Both the position numbers and the translations under genes were made by a program. DNA of 63,375 nt, the filler included, from Cercozoa sp. M6MM (Eukaryota; Protista; Endomyxa: Ascetosporea), in assembly GCA_040357565.1 (NCBI GenBank). It is 12 parts of 12 records of this genome, joined end to end, with 100 filler letters (N's around TTAATTAATTAA, not from the genome) between each part and the next. Parts side by side here need not be neighbours in the genome. Positions count along the whole stretch, not along the records: positions 24,616 to 33,451 come from JBDODJ010000508.1; positions 33,552 to 35,581 come from JBDODJ010001860.1; positions 35,682 to 47,549 come from JBDODJ010000393.1; 9 more parts are not named here. The stretch is one strand, 5' to 3'. Shown here in pieces: positions 27,102 to 39,283 of the stretch (the first letter of the stretch is position 1; every line of letters starts with the position of its first letter). The notes below the pieces were generated by a model. That model worked only from the letters and a program-made list of their open reading frames with translations. It made no database searches and was not told the origin of the DNA.

Positions 27102-28118
27102 TTTTATATGTGTGTATATTATATTCTGCTACAGTTCGAGAACCAGTCGTGCAACACGGCGCAGTCGCCGACGTTTCGTAGCGGCAGCACCGGCCGGGGT
27201 CTCGCCGGTGCCGCCGGTACAGGCGTCGCCGATGACAACACGGCCTGCGCCGAGGCACTGCGCGACTTTGATTTCTTCTCGGTCACTGCCTTCGAGGGCG
27301 AGCTGCTCCGTCTGCTGCGACTTGCGCTGGACTCGCGGGTAGCACCCCGGCCTCTATAACTATCTCTATAAAGATGTGTAGTGTATATTTAGCTTCACAC
27401 ATACAAGTAGTTCTGTTTCTTTCTTTGCTCAGGGACAGTTTCGGAAAGTGCGGCGCCGCATCGACGTCGATCGCGCCCTATTGGCTACCCTGCATTCGCA
27501 TACCGATATCGGTATACATATATACACACACACTATATATATATGTATGTATGTGTGTGTGTGTGTCCCCGGCCCGTGTAGCCGACGATTCGGTGGCGAT
27601 GCACGACTTTCGCGGCGACACGCATCTTGCTCGCGGCTACCAGAACAAGCGAATCGTCTACGGTGACGATAGTCCGCCTCCCGTGAGCTTCCGCATTCAC
27701 TCTACTCTGGTAGTCTGGGAGAGAGTGTATGTGCATGACAGGTGGAAGATCGTGGTGACCCTTCCGACGACTACATTGATCGCTTGATGTACGAGGCGGC
27801 ACTCGGCGATGACGAAACACAGCAGGCACTCGACGCCGAGTACATGCTTCGAACGCACGGCGTCAACGTTTTTGGTCAGAGTGTCGATGGTATCCAGCCC
27901 CCCCCCCCCCCCCGTGTTTCAACGTAACTTGTGTCTGCGTAGGGACTGCTAGTGGTGCCGGAGTCAGTCGAAAAAAGCGCTGGGCACTTAAGCTGCGTCG
28001 TGCTCGCCGTTCGCGAGACAGCTCTGGCTCGGACGCTGAGTCTCGCCTTGGTTCCCCTGCGCGCAGTGGCAGTTCCCGTCGGCGTGCTAGGCGACGTCAT
28101 GCCAGCGCCATCGATTAA
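24616..28118 (+). CDS. GRK-like AGC Ser/Thr kinase with a large insert (5' truncated)
   Basis: IAYRDVKLENMILD, SDLGLAV (the DLG motif typical of GRKs), GYAGTPGYASPEV, DLFSFGVLLYRLLCG, LLHKNPRERLG, KRHPWFRGVQW. Confidence 0.88.
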
Positions 28119-28219
28119 ATGATCGAATTTCTAACTTCCATTTCGTTCTTACTGTACAGCAGTCACAGCATTAAGTCTGTTACGAAACGGTATCTTCCAT
28201 CCGGCCAGTCAGATCTCTG

Positions 28220-28413
28220 GTGCTCCGCGTGGACGGTCCTGTATACACACAGAAGTAGTCTTTAAACAACAGGACGGTGTAACATACGTCATACCCCCAG
28301 GAATGGTACATTGTACATGGGACTACAGGTGGTTTCTGAGTAAAAGGGTAAACAAACGCAACTAACTTACGAAAGAGAAGAGTGAGCAAGTGATACGTTC
28401 GGTCAGGCAGCAT
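28220..28413 (-). CDS. Possible small three-exon ORF (~35 aa)
   Basis: GTAAGT and GTATGT donors with TAG/CAG acceptors join MLPDRTYHLLTLLF/LPCTMYHSWGYD/DRPRGAPEI*. Confidence 0.3.
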
Positions 28414-28490
28414 TAACAATGTTGCATCGCAGAGTAGCAAGTAAGTTCAAATGCACTGGCAGTGCAGGAAGTGTGGCGTGAGAGTTCAGT

Positions 28491-29504
28491 TCAGTGTTTG
28501 CGTTGGAAGGTGTGGCGCGGCGATGCTTCTTCAATGTTCAAAGGGGGCCAGTCTACCTGCCAGTGCGTGCGTGCGCCACACAGAGAGTCGGTGACGGCCG
28601 AGATCTTGACAGTTGCCGTCACGCTTGGGTGAGGTGCTTGTGACTCGAGCCTAGCTAGACAGTGAGCAGGTTGAAGTGCACCTGGAGCAGCTCGTTGGCC
28701 ACCGAGGCAGTCAGTTCTTGCTCCTTGAGAGCACGAGTGACGGCCATGCAGGCGCGCGCCGAGCTCTGGCTGGCCGAGTCAGTTGCACGTGCCACTTGCG
28801 TGTGTCTAAGTTTACAAAAAGCCAAAGCCAAAGAGTTATACAAACATTCATGATGTAAAGAGGCAGAGAAACCAGGTACCGCTTCTCGGGCGGCACGTAG
28901 AAGGGCAACTCCTGGGCCAGGTCGTGGTAGGGCGCGCAGGTTGCTGCACACGGTACCGGACAGTGCAGTGCAGTGATACCACACATAGTGCAGAGTGTCG
29001 TCATGGACACAAGGACTAAGGACAGCAAAGGACAGAACAGAAATGCACACGCACCCTGCTGAGCGGCAACAAGGGCGGCGTGCAGCGCCACCAGCGAGCC
29101 GAGGCGGCGCTGCACAGCGAGCTGCCGCTGACGACGACGCACGCCGGCGGCGACCTGCTCGGCCACGATCGAGCCGTAGCAACGCGTGGCGCTGCGAGCG
29201 TGCGCTTCCGCCACACGAGCGATGGACTCGGCGGCGGCCACACGTTCAGCACGACGGGCGCCGAAGCGCGGCCGGCTGAAGTGCAAGTGCAGGTTGAAGT
29301 GGGGACGGTGTTCGCGGATGTATTCCGCCACGGTCTTGCGGGAAAGCTTCTGCACACAGGCACAACGCACATCATCAAGTGAACTTTGCACTACAACAAG
29401 AGTAAAACAAGGTTTTAGGCACACACGGCTTGCACACCAGCAGCTGGCACGCCAACAGACACAGCGTGACTCACCATTGTTGTAGTAGCAGTACTTCTTG
29501 ATCA
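28491..29504 (-). CDS. Orphan multi-exon protein
   Basis: Exons MIKKYCYYNN, LSRKTVAEYIREHRPHFNLHLHFSRPRFG, YHDLAQELPFYVPPEKR, ALKEQELTASVANELLQ. Confidence 0.5.
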
Positions 29505-29783
29505 TGAAAAGACAAAAGTGTTTGGTTGATCGAAAAGTGATCAAGTGACTTGGTCCGTCACTTTTGAGGTGTGCCGTTTGCCGAGTGTGCCACCATTTCC
29601 ACCATTTCCGTGTTTTGCGCATTTTCTCCTTGCACCGTGCACCTTCAGACGGCTAACTGAGCGCAAGCACCCTTATTTGCTAACGCTCAGAGCACCCTGC
29701 ACTCGTTTCGCTCTAAAAGGCGCTGTGCTTCGATTTCAGAAAACTGCGCCGGCGATCGGTGTGCGCACGATTTGAAGGTTTTT

Positions 29784-30032
29784 GAGGACTAGGGACCGAT
29801 CTAAGGCCCACTCGGTGGCCTGAAGGCCGCACAATGATGCTCCACACCACCTCTGAAAGTTTCAGCTTGTGCTTAGCGTCCGAAATGAACAAGCACACTT
29901 CCGTCAATTTAGAGGCGATCGGATAGCGTAGGACTCGGCGCCTTCGTGAGAAAGTTAACGAAATGCTGATCCACAATATCCTAGCATCGTTAACCGGGCT
30001 AGCCATACGTTAAGCGGGCATACCCCGCCCGC
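29784..30032 (+). ncRNA. Candidate structured ncRNA with SSU-rRNA-complementary segments (strand tentative)
   Basis: Multiple stems; an internal loop displays AAGTTTCAGC and CTTCCGTCAATT, antisense to the conserved 18S GCUGAAACUU and AAUUGACGGAAG. Confidence 0.45.
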
Positions 30033-30060
30033 AACCGTGCAGCCGCAATCCGAAAGCTCT

Positions 30061-30528
30061 TTAAGCGTGCACGCGCTCGCGTTCCGTGTCGGCCACGGGG
30101 ACGCCGTACTCGTCCACGTCGACGGCACTCGGTTCCACGGTGGTCTGTTTCTCCTGCAGAAAGGTGAAGGTGAAGGTGAAGGAAGGTGAAGGTGAAGGTG
30201 AATGTGAAGGTGTGAAGGTGAAGGTGAAGGTGTGAAGGTGAAGGTGAAGGTGAAGGTGTGTGTGTGCAAGGATACACAGGTGACACAGACATGTTGCATG
30301 CTGACTTACCGTGGCAGTATCACGTCCCATCATGTACTCAGGCACCTCGTCTTCGACCTCATCAAACAATCCTGTGCACATACACACACTTTCCATAGCA
30401 AGGGAGAGACACAAAATATGGCGTGCCTACCGTCCTCCTCGAACTGCGCCAGCTCGTCCAAAAGCTCGTCCTCATCGTAGTCTTCAACTGCGAAGGACTG
30501 CGACATGATGTCCTGCACCGCAGCAATA

Positions 30529-30579
<51 letters not shown>

Positions 30580-30589
30580 NNNNNNNNNN

Positions 30590-30639
<50 letters not shown>

Positions 30640-31395
30640 CCCTATGTCAGCAGGTAAGAGAGGGCAGGCGCACCTGGATCTCGTTCATGTCGTCCATGGT
30701 CTCCATCATGTCATCGAAAAGGTCCTCAACGTCATCGAGCTGCATGTTGCCCATCTCAGTCTTGAGCGCCGTCTGCGCCTCCTTCATCACCTTGACCTGC
30801 TCGAAAGGAACCACACGGAGAAGGGTAAGGGAGCAAGAGGGACAAAAGGCATAGGGCCAGCGGCATCTGTGCGTGCGTGCGTGCGCGCGCGCGCGTGTGT
30901 GTGTGTGTGTTACCTGCTGCATCGTGTCCTGCAGCGTCTCCTTCTGGAACTGCACCTGCTCCATGTTGAACTGCTGCTGCATCTGCCGGTTGAGCTGACC
31001 CTCGTACTGCTTGCGCTGCTTCAGCAGCATGAGCGCGCGTCGCTTCAGATTGTTCTTGGCCTGTCCGATAAACAAAGACCAAGCATGTACACAGACACAA
31101 CACATAGACACCACACAGGAACACCCAGAGACACCAGGGGCAGTGATCGCTACCGGTCCACTGCGCGTCTTGGCCATCTTCTTCTTGATCTCGGCAATCT
31201 GCTTGTCCAGTCCGCGAATCTAGCAACACACATACACACGTGATGTTTGGCAGTTGAAACACGGACGGGAGCTACCTTGTCCTGGATGCCTTTTTGGCGC
31301 TCGTCCATGCGAGAGATACTGTCGCCCAATGTCGGCGCTGGAGCCTCATCTGCCTGCGGTTTTGCCGCCTTCTTCACGCCAAAGAAGCGTCGCAT
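30061..31395 (-). CDS. VPS60: ESCRT-III Snf7-family protein Vps60/CHMP5
   Basis: MRRFFGVKK..APTLGDSI, LKRRALMLLKQRKQYEGQL, QQFNMEQ, DDVEDLFDDM, EIQDIMSQSF, DEDELLDEL, VDEYGVP. Confidence 0.93.
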
Positions 31396-31861
31396 TTCTC
31401 ACTCTGTGTATCCAGAAGACTCAAGCATCAACAGTCCCGAAGGAAATACTCTCCTTCCCTCGCCAGGAACGAAAAGACCAATGAAGCAACTGATGAGATT
31501 GAGAAGATAGTACACTCTTAAGGGCTTCAAAACCCAGAAATCCGCGTGTGCGCCGTCTTAGAGCTCGTTTTGATGGAGAGCTGAGGATAAAAAACGGTAG
31601 CCAGTCTGAAAAACAAAAGAAGTTGTCTTTATTTGATTGATTGCATTGTCGCCATCGTGACTCGAAGCACAATTTTGTGCTACGAGCTGTCGCCAGATTG
31701 TGCCAGCCACAAAGCAGTGGTGGCTCGAGGCGATAGGCACTCGTAGCACAGGTCAATGTGAGTCACAATGTCGATGTTGATTGGAGGGGTGCTGCCATTT
31801 GTGTGTTTGGAGGCCAGCTTTGGCGTGTATGAGTGTTTCGATGTGGTGAGACTTTACCCAG

Positions 31862-33358
31862 ATGCCGGAGGAGCGGCGCGTGGTGCGTCGAGTCATCCGA
31901 CTGAAGAAGAAGAAGAAAGCGCCGGGAGCGTCGGCGGGCCCGTCGGTGCATGTGGAGCCGGCGCCGACGATGCGTCAGTACGCGCCGCCAGTGCCGGTGC
32001 CAAAACCGTCGGTGCCGAAACCGTCGGTGTCACAAGCGACGACGGTGCCGAAACCGCCGACGGTGTCGCAAGCAACGACGGTGTCGCAGCAGGCAGCGGC
32101 GGCGGTGCAGAGACCAAGACTGCGCATGCGGCCGCCGCCGATGCCACCGATGCCGCCACGTGCGCCACCGTCCCTCACTCGACCGCAGATCGATCAAAAT
32201 GATCGCAGCAGTGATCGTAGCAGTGATCGCAGGAGTGATCGCAGCGACGAAACCGTCGCAGGTGGCGCCGACGACCTGGACGCGCAGTTGGACGAACTCG
32301 ACGACGCCGACGAGAGTTTCGACGACGTCTCCGATCACTCCGACGACGGTGCTGCCCGACTCAGTGATCACGCCGATCACACCGTCCGCGATCAGGCCGA
32401 CGATTCGATTGAGAAACCGTCCAAGATGGACCGTATTCTCGGTCTCGTGACGCGTGTCGAGGCGCGTGTCGGCGCCAGGTAGGCTTTACCCCCTCCCGCT
32501 TTACCCCCTCCCGCTTTACCCCCTCCCGCNNNNNNNNNNGCTTTACCCCCTCCCGCTTTACCCCCTCCCGCTTTACCCCCTCCCGCTTTGCCTTCCTCTC
32601 GCTTTGCCTTCCTCCCGCTTTGCTCACTTTACCCCCATTTCACCCCTCTTCTTACCCCCCCCCGACAGGAAGTCGGACGAGGTGACGCGACTGACCGTGC
32701 AGCCGCCCAATGTGGTACGTGGCCTCTCCCTTAACTGTGTGATTGTGCGCTGCCTTAATTGTATGCACACTCCTTTTAGTTCTTGCCCTCCTTGCTACCC
32801 CCTCTTTACTCCCTTGTTACCCTCTTTACTTACCCCCTCTTTACCCCTTACTCCTCCCAGGTGAATGGCATCCTGGCCGACGAGATGGGCCTCGGCAAGA
32901 CGCTGCAGACCATCTCGCTGCTGGCCTACCTGGCGCACTTTGAGCAGCTGCGAGGTAGTTTTACCCCCTACCCTACCCCTACCCCTACGCCTACCCCTAC
33001 CCTGCCCCTATCCCTACCCTGCCCCTACCCTACCCTACCCCTACCTACCTACCCCTACCCTTACCCCTACCCTACCCTACCCCTACCCTACCCCCCACCC
33101 CCGAAGGACCCTTCCTGGTGGTGGTGCCAAAGTCGACACTGCCGAACTGGCTCAAGGAGTTTCGGCGCTGGTGTCCCTCGCTGCGCGTGCGCAAGATACT
33201 GGTATCTTACCCCCCTTACCCCTTACCCCCTTACCCCCTTACCCCCTTACTCTTACCCATGACCCTTTATTCCACCTGTGTGTGTGACAGGGCGAGAAGG
33301 AGGAACGAACGCGGCAGAAACAGGAAATTCTGGATTCGTGGGCCTACACGCTGAGACA
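31862..33358 (+). CDS. SNF2-family chromatin remodeller (ISWI-like), N-terminal part
   Basis: [59 protein letters not shown]. Confidence 0.9.
32482..32590. repeat. Intronic 15-bp minisatellite (GCTTTACCCCCTCCC)n
   Basis: At least 6 tandem copies spanning a 10-N gap. Confidence 0.9.
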
Positions 33359-33557
33359 GGTGTTTACCCCCCTGCCGCTTTACCCCCTACCCCTTTACTC
33401 CCTACCGCTTTTACCCCCTCCCCTTTACCCCCTCCCCTTTACCCCCCCCCCNNNNNNNNNNNNNNNNNNNNNNNNNNNNNNNNNNNNNNNNNNNNTTAAT
33501 TAATTAANNNNNNNNNNNNNNNNNNNNNNNNNNNNNNNNNNNNNNNNNNNNCCCCTA

Positions 33558-35136
33558 CCCAATCGGCGCATCGAACCAGACGTAGAACACTTTGTTCTGG
33601 GGAGGCAGGGGGTAAGGGGGTCGGGGTAAAGCACACACAAACACACCTCGTAGCCGGGCAGCGGCACAGGCGTGCCCCACTTGAGATCGCGCGTGATGCA
33701 GCGCGGTTCCAGGCCGCCCTTGAGCCAGTGCTCCGTGATGGCCACCGAGTTCTTGGTCCACTTGCCCGACTCGGCCGTCTCCGCCACCTGGAGGACACAG
33801 GGTGTATTTAAAAGGTAGGGGGGGGCAAAGCCTACCCAGTCCTCCAGCTCGCCTTGGAGAGTCGACAGGTCGAGGAACAAATGCTTGCTGCAAGGGGGGT
33901 AAGAGAGTTAAAGGGGTGGGGGGGGGGTAAAACCTCTGACGAACGACCGGCGCGTTTCCACACATGCTGCAGCGCGGCTTCAACTGCACAGGGGGGTAAA
34001 GGGGGGGGGGGTACAAAGGGGTAAGAACGTACCAACTCGGTGGCATTGATGAGGTGACCACAACCGTCGCACTGATCGCCACGTGCGTCCTCGTAGCCGC
34101 AGTCAGGACACGTGCCATTGACCAGTCGGTCCGCCTGGACAATCCCACACACAAATACAAGAAACACACCAATGACCACACAAGGACCCACCAGCGGCAT
34201 GCTGTCGGTCTCGCACCAGAGCTGCTCAATCTCCTTCTCCTGCACAAAGCCTGCAGGGGGGGGGGGGGAAACCGCGGGGGTAACGGGGGTACGGGGTAAA
34301 GGAGGGGTAACGGGGGTAAGGGTAAAGGGGTACCCTCCTTGTGGGCGCGCAGGAAGATCTGCTGCGCGATGCGCGTCTGCTGCTCCGTCGTTGTGCGGCC
34401 AAACACCTGTCAGGTAGGGGTTAAGGGGGATTAAGGGAAAAAGGGGAGGGTAGGATGAGAGGGTTGAGAGGGTTAAGAGGTTAAGGGTGTGTGGAGGAGG
34501 GGTAAAGTGCGAACAGTACGTCAAAATCGATGTTGAACCAGTCATAGACCTGCTTGTGGATGGCGTGGTACTTGTCACAGATCTCACGCGGCGTCACTGC
34601 AATTAGAGTGGTTAAGGGGGCATAAAAAGCTTAAGAGGGTAGAGGGGTAGTGGAAGATAAGGGAGGAGGTAAAGAGATTACTACCGCCCTCCTCGCGCGC
34701 CTTGGTCTCCGTGGCAGTGCCGTACTCGTCCGTACCGCACACGTACAGCACGTTGTGTCCGCGCAGTCTGGGAAGGAGGGGGTAAGCGGGTGAAGGTAAA
34801 GGAGTAAGAAAGAATAATACCGGGCGAAGCGCGCAAACACATCGGCCGACAGCACGCAGCCAATGAGGTTGCCTACATAAGATATATTTATACCACAGGT
34901 ATATATATAAATATATATATACATATATATAGTGTAAGGATGTGTACATCAGGCTGATACCCAGATGCGGCACGTTGTTGACATACGGCAGCGCTGACGT
35001 CACCAGAACATTGCGCTTGTCCTGTTCAACACACAACACCGTCAGTCACACGGCATCTGGTTTGATCGCAGATGGCAAGTGTCACATGGGCAGGCAGCTT
35101 GGACGCCAGTTGTGCCACACGCTTGGTAGCGCTCAT
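33558..35136 (-). CDS. MARS: Cytosolic-type methionyl-tRNA synthetase, N-terminal part
   Basis: [37 protein letters not shown], zinc knuckle [35 protein letters not shown]. Confidence 0.97.
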
Positions 35137-35335
35137 GGTTCAGTTCCAGGGATAACAGAACACTGTAGAACACGCTTTTGGGGACGCGGAGTCGCATTCT
35201 GCCGTTTCTTATTTTTGTAATAAAGAAACAGCGCTCCTTTTTGATATTGTTTTAGAATTTTTATTCGCGATCCGTCGAGTCCTGTCGTCTCTCAGTAACT
35301 CGAACACACTCCATTTGAAACTATACTAACTGGAA

Positions 35336-35508
35336 TTAAACTGGTGCAGCGTTACTCAGCATAGGAACTACTTCCGAATCTGGCTTCATGATCTGCACAA
35401 ACGACACAGAGTGCACGAGTTTAGCTAAACAGCGTGTGGGTAGAGTCACCTGCACTGGCTTGGGACGGCCCCTGTCGCATGCTTCATCCCACGCCGCGTG
35501 GAAAGCTG
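35336..35508 (-). CDS. Last two exons of an unknown gene
   Basis: AFHAAWDEACDRGRPKPVQ/IMKPDSEVVPMLSNAAPV*. Confidence 0.45.
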
Positions 35509-35521
35509 AATAACAAGCGCA

Positions 35522-35581
<60 letters not shown>

Positions 35582-35756
35582 NNNNNNNNNNNNNNNNNNN
35601 NNNNNNNNNNNNNNNNNNNNNNNNNTTAATTAATTAANNNNNNNNNNNNNNNNNNNNNNNNNNNNNNNNNNNNNNNNNNNNAACGTCTCCGACGCTCACG
35701 ACTGGCAGGTAACGTGGGGGGGGATAAGGGGGGCTAAGGGGGTAAAGGGGGTACTA

Positions 35757-37605
35757 CCGCAGAACAGCCTTGCGCTCAGCCTCGTCGATGGAGCGGAAGC
35801 GCGGCGACACAGACATGATCCACGACACCTCGTGATTCAGCATGTCCAGTCGGTCCTGCAGACATGGTAATTTAGCCCCATCTTACCCCCTACTCGTACC
35901 CTTTGTCCCCCTTTGCCCCCCCCCACGTTACCTGCCAGTCGTGAGCGTCGGAGACGTTGAGGAGTTCCTCGACATCGGCGTCAATGTGTCCGGCCACCAG
36001 GCCGACCGACGGCTTGGCGAACTCGTCGTCGCGCAGACGTCCGCGCAGACGAGCCGGTACCTGTACAATGAGCTCAAGTACTACTGGACCACTCTAGGTA
36101 CTACTGGACTACTCCAGGTACAAGTGGACCACAAGTGGACCACAAGTAAACCACTCAGAAAACGCACCTCGCGAGCCAGCTGCTGCCGACGCTTGAGGTG
36201 CCGCGCACGCGCGTCCGCCGCCGACTCACGCCGCTCTGTACCATGTCAGGGGGTAAAAGGTAAAGAGGGGGGGGGGGGTAAAACTACCCTCGGCCTCCTC
36301 TTCGACCGTGTCGAACGCGATGGCTCCAAAGAGTTCCGAAAAAAGTTCCATCATATCCTACACACACATGCACTCCCTTAAGTAAGTCCAGTCGCAGCCA
36401 TAATTATGGCAACCGTGCATCCTTAAACATCACTTAAGTGAGCGTACCTGTTGAGCATCGGCAGCGGCGTGCGGTCGCGGTCGCCCGCGCAGGAAGTCCA
36501 GCAGACCGTCGCCGAACATCTTGCTACACACACACATCATCCCATAACTACACGCCCCCTTAACTACACACGCCTCTTTAACTCTGCAGGTCCCTTAATT
36601 AATACACATATATACGGGCCTTAAGTACCGAGCAGCTACAACGCTGTCGGAGGAGCCGCCTTCCATCGACACTGACGAGGTGTAGAAACCGCCTGCGGGT
36701 GGGGGGAGGGGGTAAATGGGGGTGAAGAGGGGTAAAAAGGGGGGTAAAAAGGGGTGTAACGAGTAAAAATGGGGTGCGGGTAAAGGGGAGGGGGTTAAGA
36801 GGCTACCGGTGTCGTCCTCGACGAAGTTGTCATGATCGGCGTCGTCGCCGAGTTCGAGGTCGTCGAGCTCGTCGAGATCGTCGTCGACGCCATCGTCATC
36901 GTTGGTGCGCATCTTGCGCAGCGTCTTAGCCTGAGCACCCTTAACCAAATATGTTTCCTTAGGAGCACGCTTTCGCATCCTTAAACCCCTGTAAACACCC
37001 CTTTAACTGAAAAGAAAAGACCTCGCGATTCTCATGGATGAGCGCGAGATCCTCGTCGAGATCCTCGTGTTCTGGCAGCTCTACACATACAAGTTATACC
37101 CCAATTGACCGCCCATTTTACCCTTGCCTCCATCACTGTCTCAGTTACCTTCGTCCTCGGGACGGTCGCGATCAACCGGTCCCAAATGACCCTGCAAATA
37201 CAGTTAATACATACCCCCCCCCCAGCTAACATGTTACCTCTGGTGCTAGACCTTCGTCCTCATACTCGTCCAGTCCGGCCTCGTCTGCAAAAGGACACCA
37301 AATACAGCCCACAAATAAACAAACACTGCTCCCCCCCCCCCAACAAAAAAGGCAGGTGTTTGCTACCCAACAGTCCGGCCAAGTCGTCGTCTGCTTCGGC
37401 AGCAGTCGACACGAAACGCGACTCGCCCTGCGGGCCCTTTTGTCGTTTTACTGCAAACCACAACGCTGTTAACAACGCAACGCAAAGGCAAAAGAACGCA
37501 AACACAAGCAGAAGACAAGAGAGACGACAGAGAGATCTGTTGTTTTTGGACTTTGGCAATCATTGAATTTTTCTCACCTCGCGACCCGTCGTTCGCATCC
37601 GACAT
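35757..37605 (-). CDS. SPT6: SPT6-like transcription elongation factor, acidic N-terminal part
   Basis: SRFVSTAAEADDD, DLDEDLALIHEN, DNFVEDD, ELFG, EVPARLRGR and LNHEVSWI parallel the Spt6 N-terminal motifs (DLIEEN, DFIVDD, DxPERFQ, EAxWI). Confidence 0.65.
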
Positions 37606-37794
37606 GCTCAGGTCTAGTGCTCGTGAACCAACGGTGACACAGAGCAACGCAGAACGACCCAAGTGAGGGAACCAAGCAGTTCTGAAAAATCGAGTGTGTC
37701 GGCTCAGTGCGAGTCGATGTGAGTCGAAACTCGGTCGCTTGATCAAGCGCAGCGTTGTGACGCACTCGAGTGTACGTAAAACACCAAAAGCAGC

Positions 37795-38418
37795 ATGGTA
37801 AGACTTTTAGTGACTCTGACGATATTCGATTTGCGACAGTCGAGTGATCATTTTTCTGTTTTTGTGTTCAGGCGACAGCAGTGGCCGCGGCAGTTCTCGC
37901 GTCAGCCGTCGGCTTTGCCGGCGTGCAGGCCGTGCGATCACTCAGACAAGTCAGCAAGGACATGGCGCCGCACGGAAAATCCTGGCTAGTACGTTGTGCT
38001 GTTGCCAAGAAAAGAATGTGAGAAATGTGAATCTGTTGAGCAGAAGAACACGATGGAGCGCTCCAGATGGTACAAGGGCGGTTTCAAGGAGACTATGGAC
38101 AAGAGCGAAGCTGCCATGATCCTTGTATGATCTTTCGTTTAGTTGAGTCTGTAATCATCAGTAGGAAGATGTTTCTTTCTTTTGCAGGGCTGCCGTATCA
38201 CGGCCAACCAGGCGCAGATCAAGCAGCGTTTCCAAGTGGTCATGAAGCACAACCATCCGGATTTCGGCGGCAGTCCCTACATCACGTCAAAAATCAACGA
38301 TGCCAGGAACATCATGATCAAGAGTGCCGAGGAGGTGCGCCTGACTCTTTTTGTTTTGGGCTGTGTGTGCTTATATTCCGTATATTTCTGCCAGGCCGAC
38401 AAGGTCGGCCCGATGTAA
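37795..38418 (+). CDS. PAM18: Mitochondrial import motor J-protein Pam18/Tim14
   Basis: N-terminal TM, WYKGGFKETMDKSEAAMIL/G, NHPDFGGSPYITSKINDAR. Confidence 0.94.
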
Positions 38419-38766
38419 GTCCAAGTTTTCTGCCACGAAAGTAGGCGATGCCGTCGCTGACTGGACCTTTACACGGCAGCTGATCACTCATGAACCCGCC
38501 ACCCCGCCCGTTTTTTATTTTTCAGAGATCGATAACCGCCCCCCTTAAATAGTTTTTTTCGCGGATTGCAGCTGTTTTCGGGCTGTAAATCAATTATAGA
38601 ACCACATTTGGTGCACTGTACCTATCTATCTGTTCTCTTGCTCGTCAGATTTGCGATTAATAGCGTCGTGATAATCTTGGCAATTTCGGGGAACAATGTT
38701 CGAAGCACTTCGACTGTGGCTCCAGGTGCTTTCATTTCTTCTTCCATTGTTCAGTTTTGTTGTATT

Positions 38767-39171
38767 ATAGCAAGATCTGCTCTGAACAGGCCGCAACTGC
38801 AGTCGTGACGGCTCCTCTGCTGGAGCGCCAGGAGTCTCCGTCAGCAAATGTGATGCTGCTCTTGCGCAACTATGACGATTCGGTAATTAAATTACATTGA
38901 TCTGTCTTGGCCCACAGAAACAGTACTGTACAAAACTGTAGCACATGCGCAAGGCGAGACATGAGATCGCCGATGACGAGCACGACACGGGTGTGCGTGT
39001 TTCGGTTCTTCCGCGCCTGCGCGCACTGCGCATCAAACCGCTGCAGCAGCTGCTGACGCTGGACGTGAGTGCCGAAGACGTCGCATTTCTCTACACCAGC
39101 GCTTTGGAGCCTGGATAACGCCACCGCCGCAGTACGAGTTCTTGTACAACTAATGTAACGTCATGCAGCAT
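38767..39171 (-). CDS. Possible small orphan protein
   Basis: In-phase exons MLHDVTLVVQELVLRRWRYPGSKAL/RQQLLQRFDAQC...MSRLAH/LRKSSITFAD...*. Confidence 0.35.
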
Positions 39172-39283
39172 TTTTGTTTTTTTTTAAGTATCAACGAATT
39201 TACGTTACACACAGTACAGCAATATTAGACACAGAACAGCGCGCACACCTGTGCTGCTACTGATCGAAGCCTGTGACATCCTC

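Noticed and set aside
35682-35958. ~42-bp inverted duplication (35682-35723 against 35916-35958) resembling terminal inverted repeats
   Set aside because: It copies an exon end plus donor, sits at a contig edge and joins at a G run; most likely an amplification or assembly fold-back chimera
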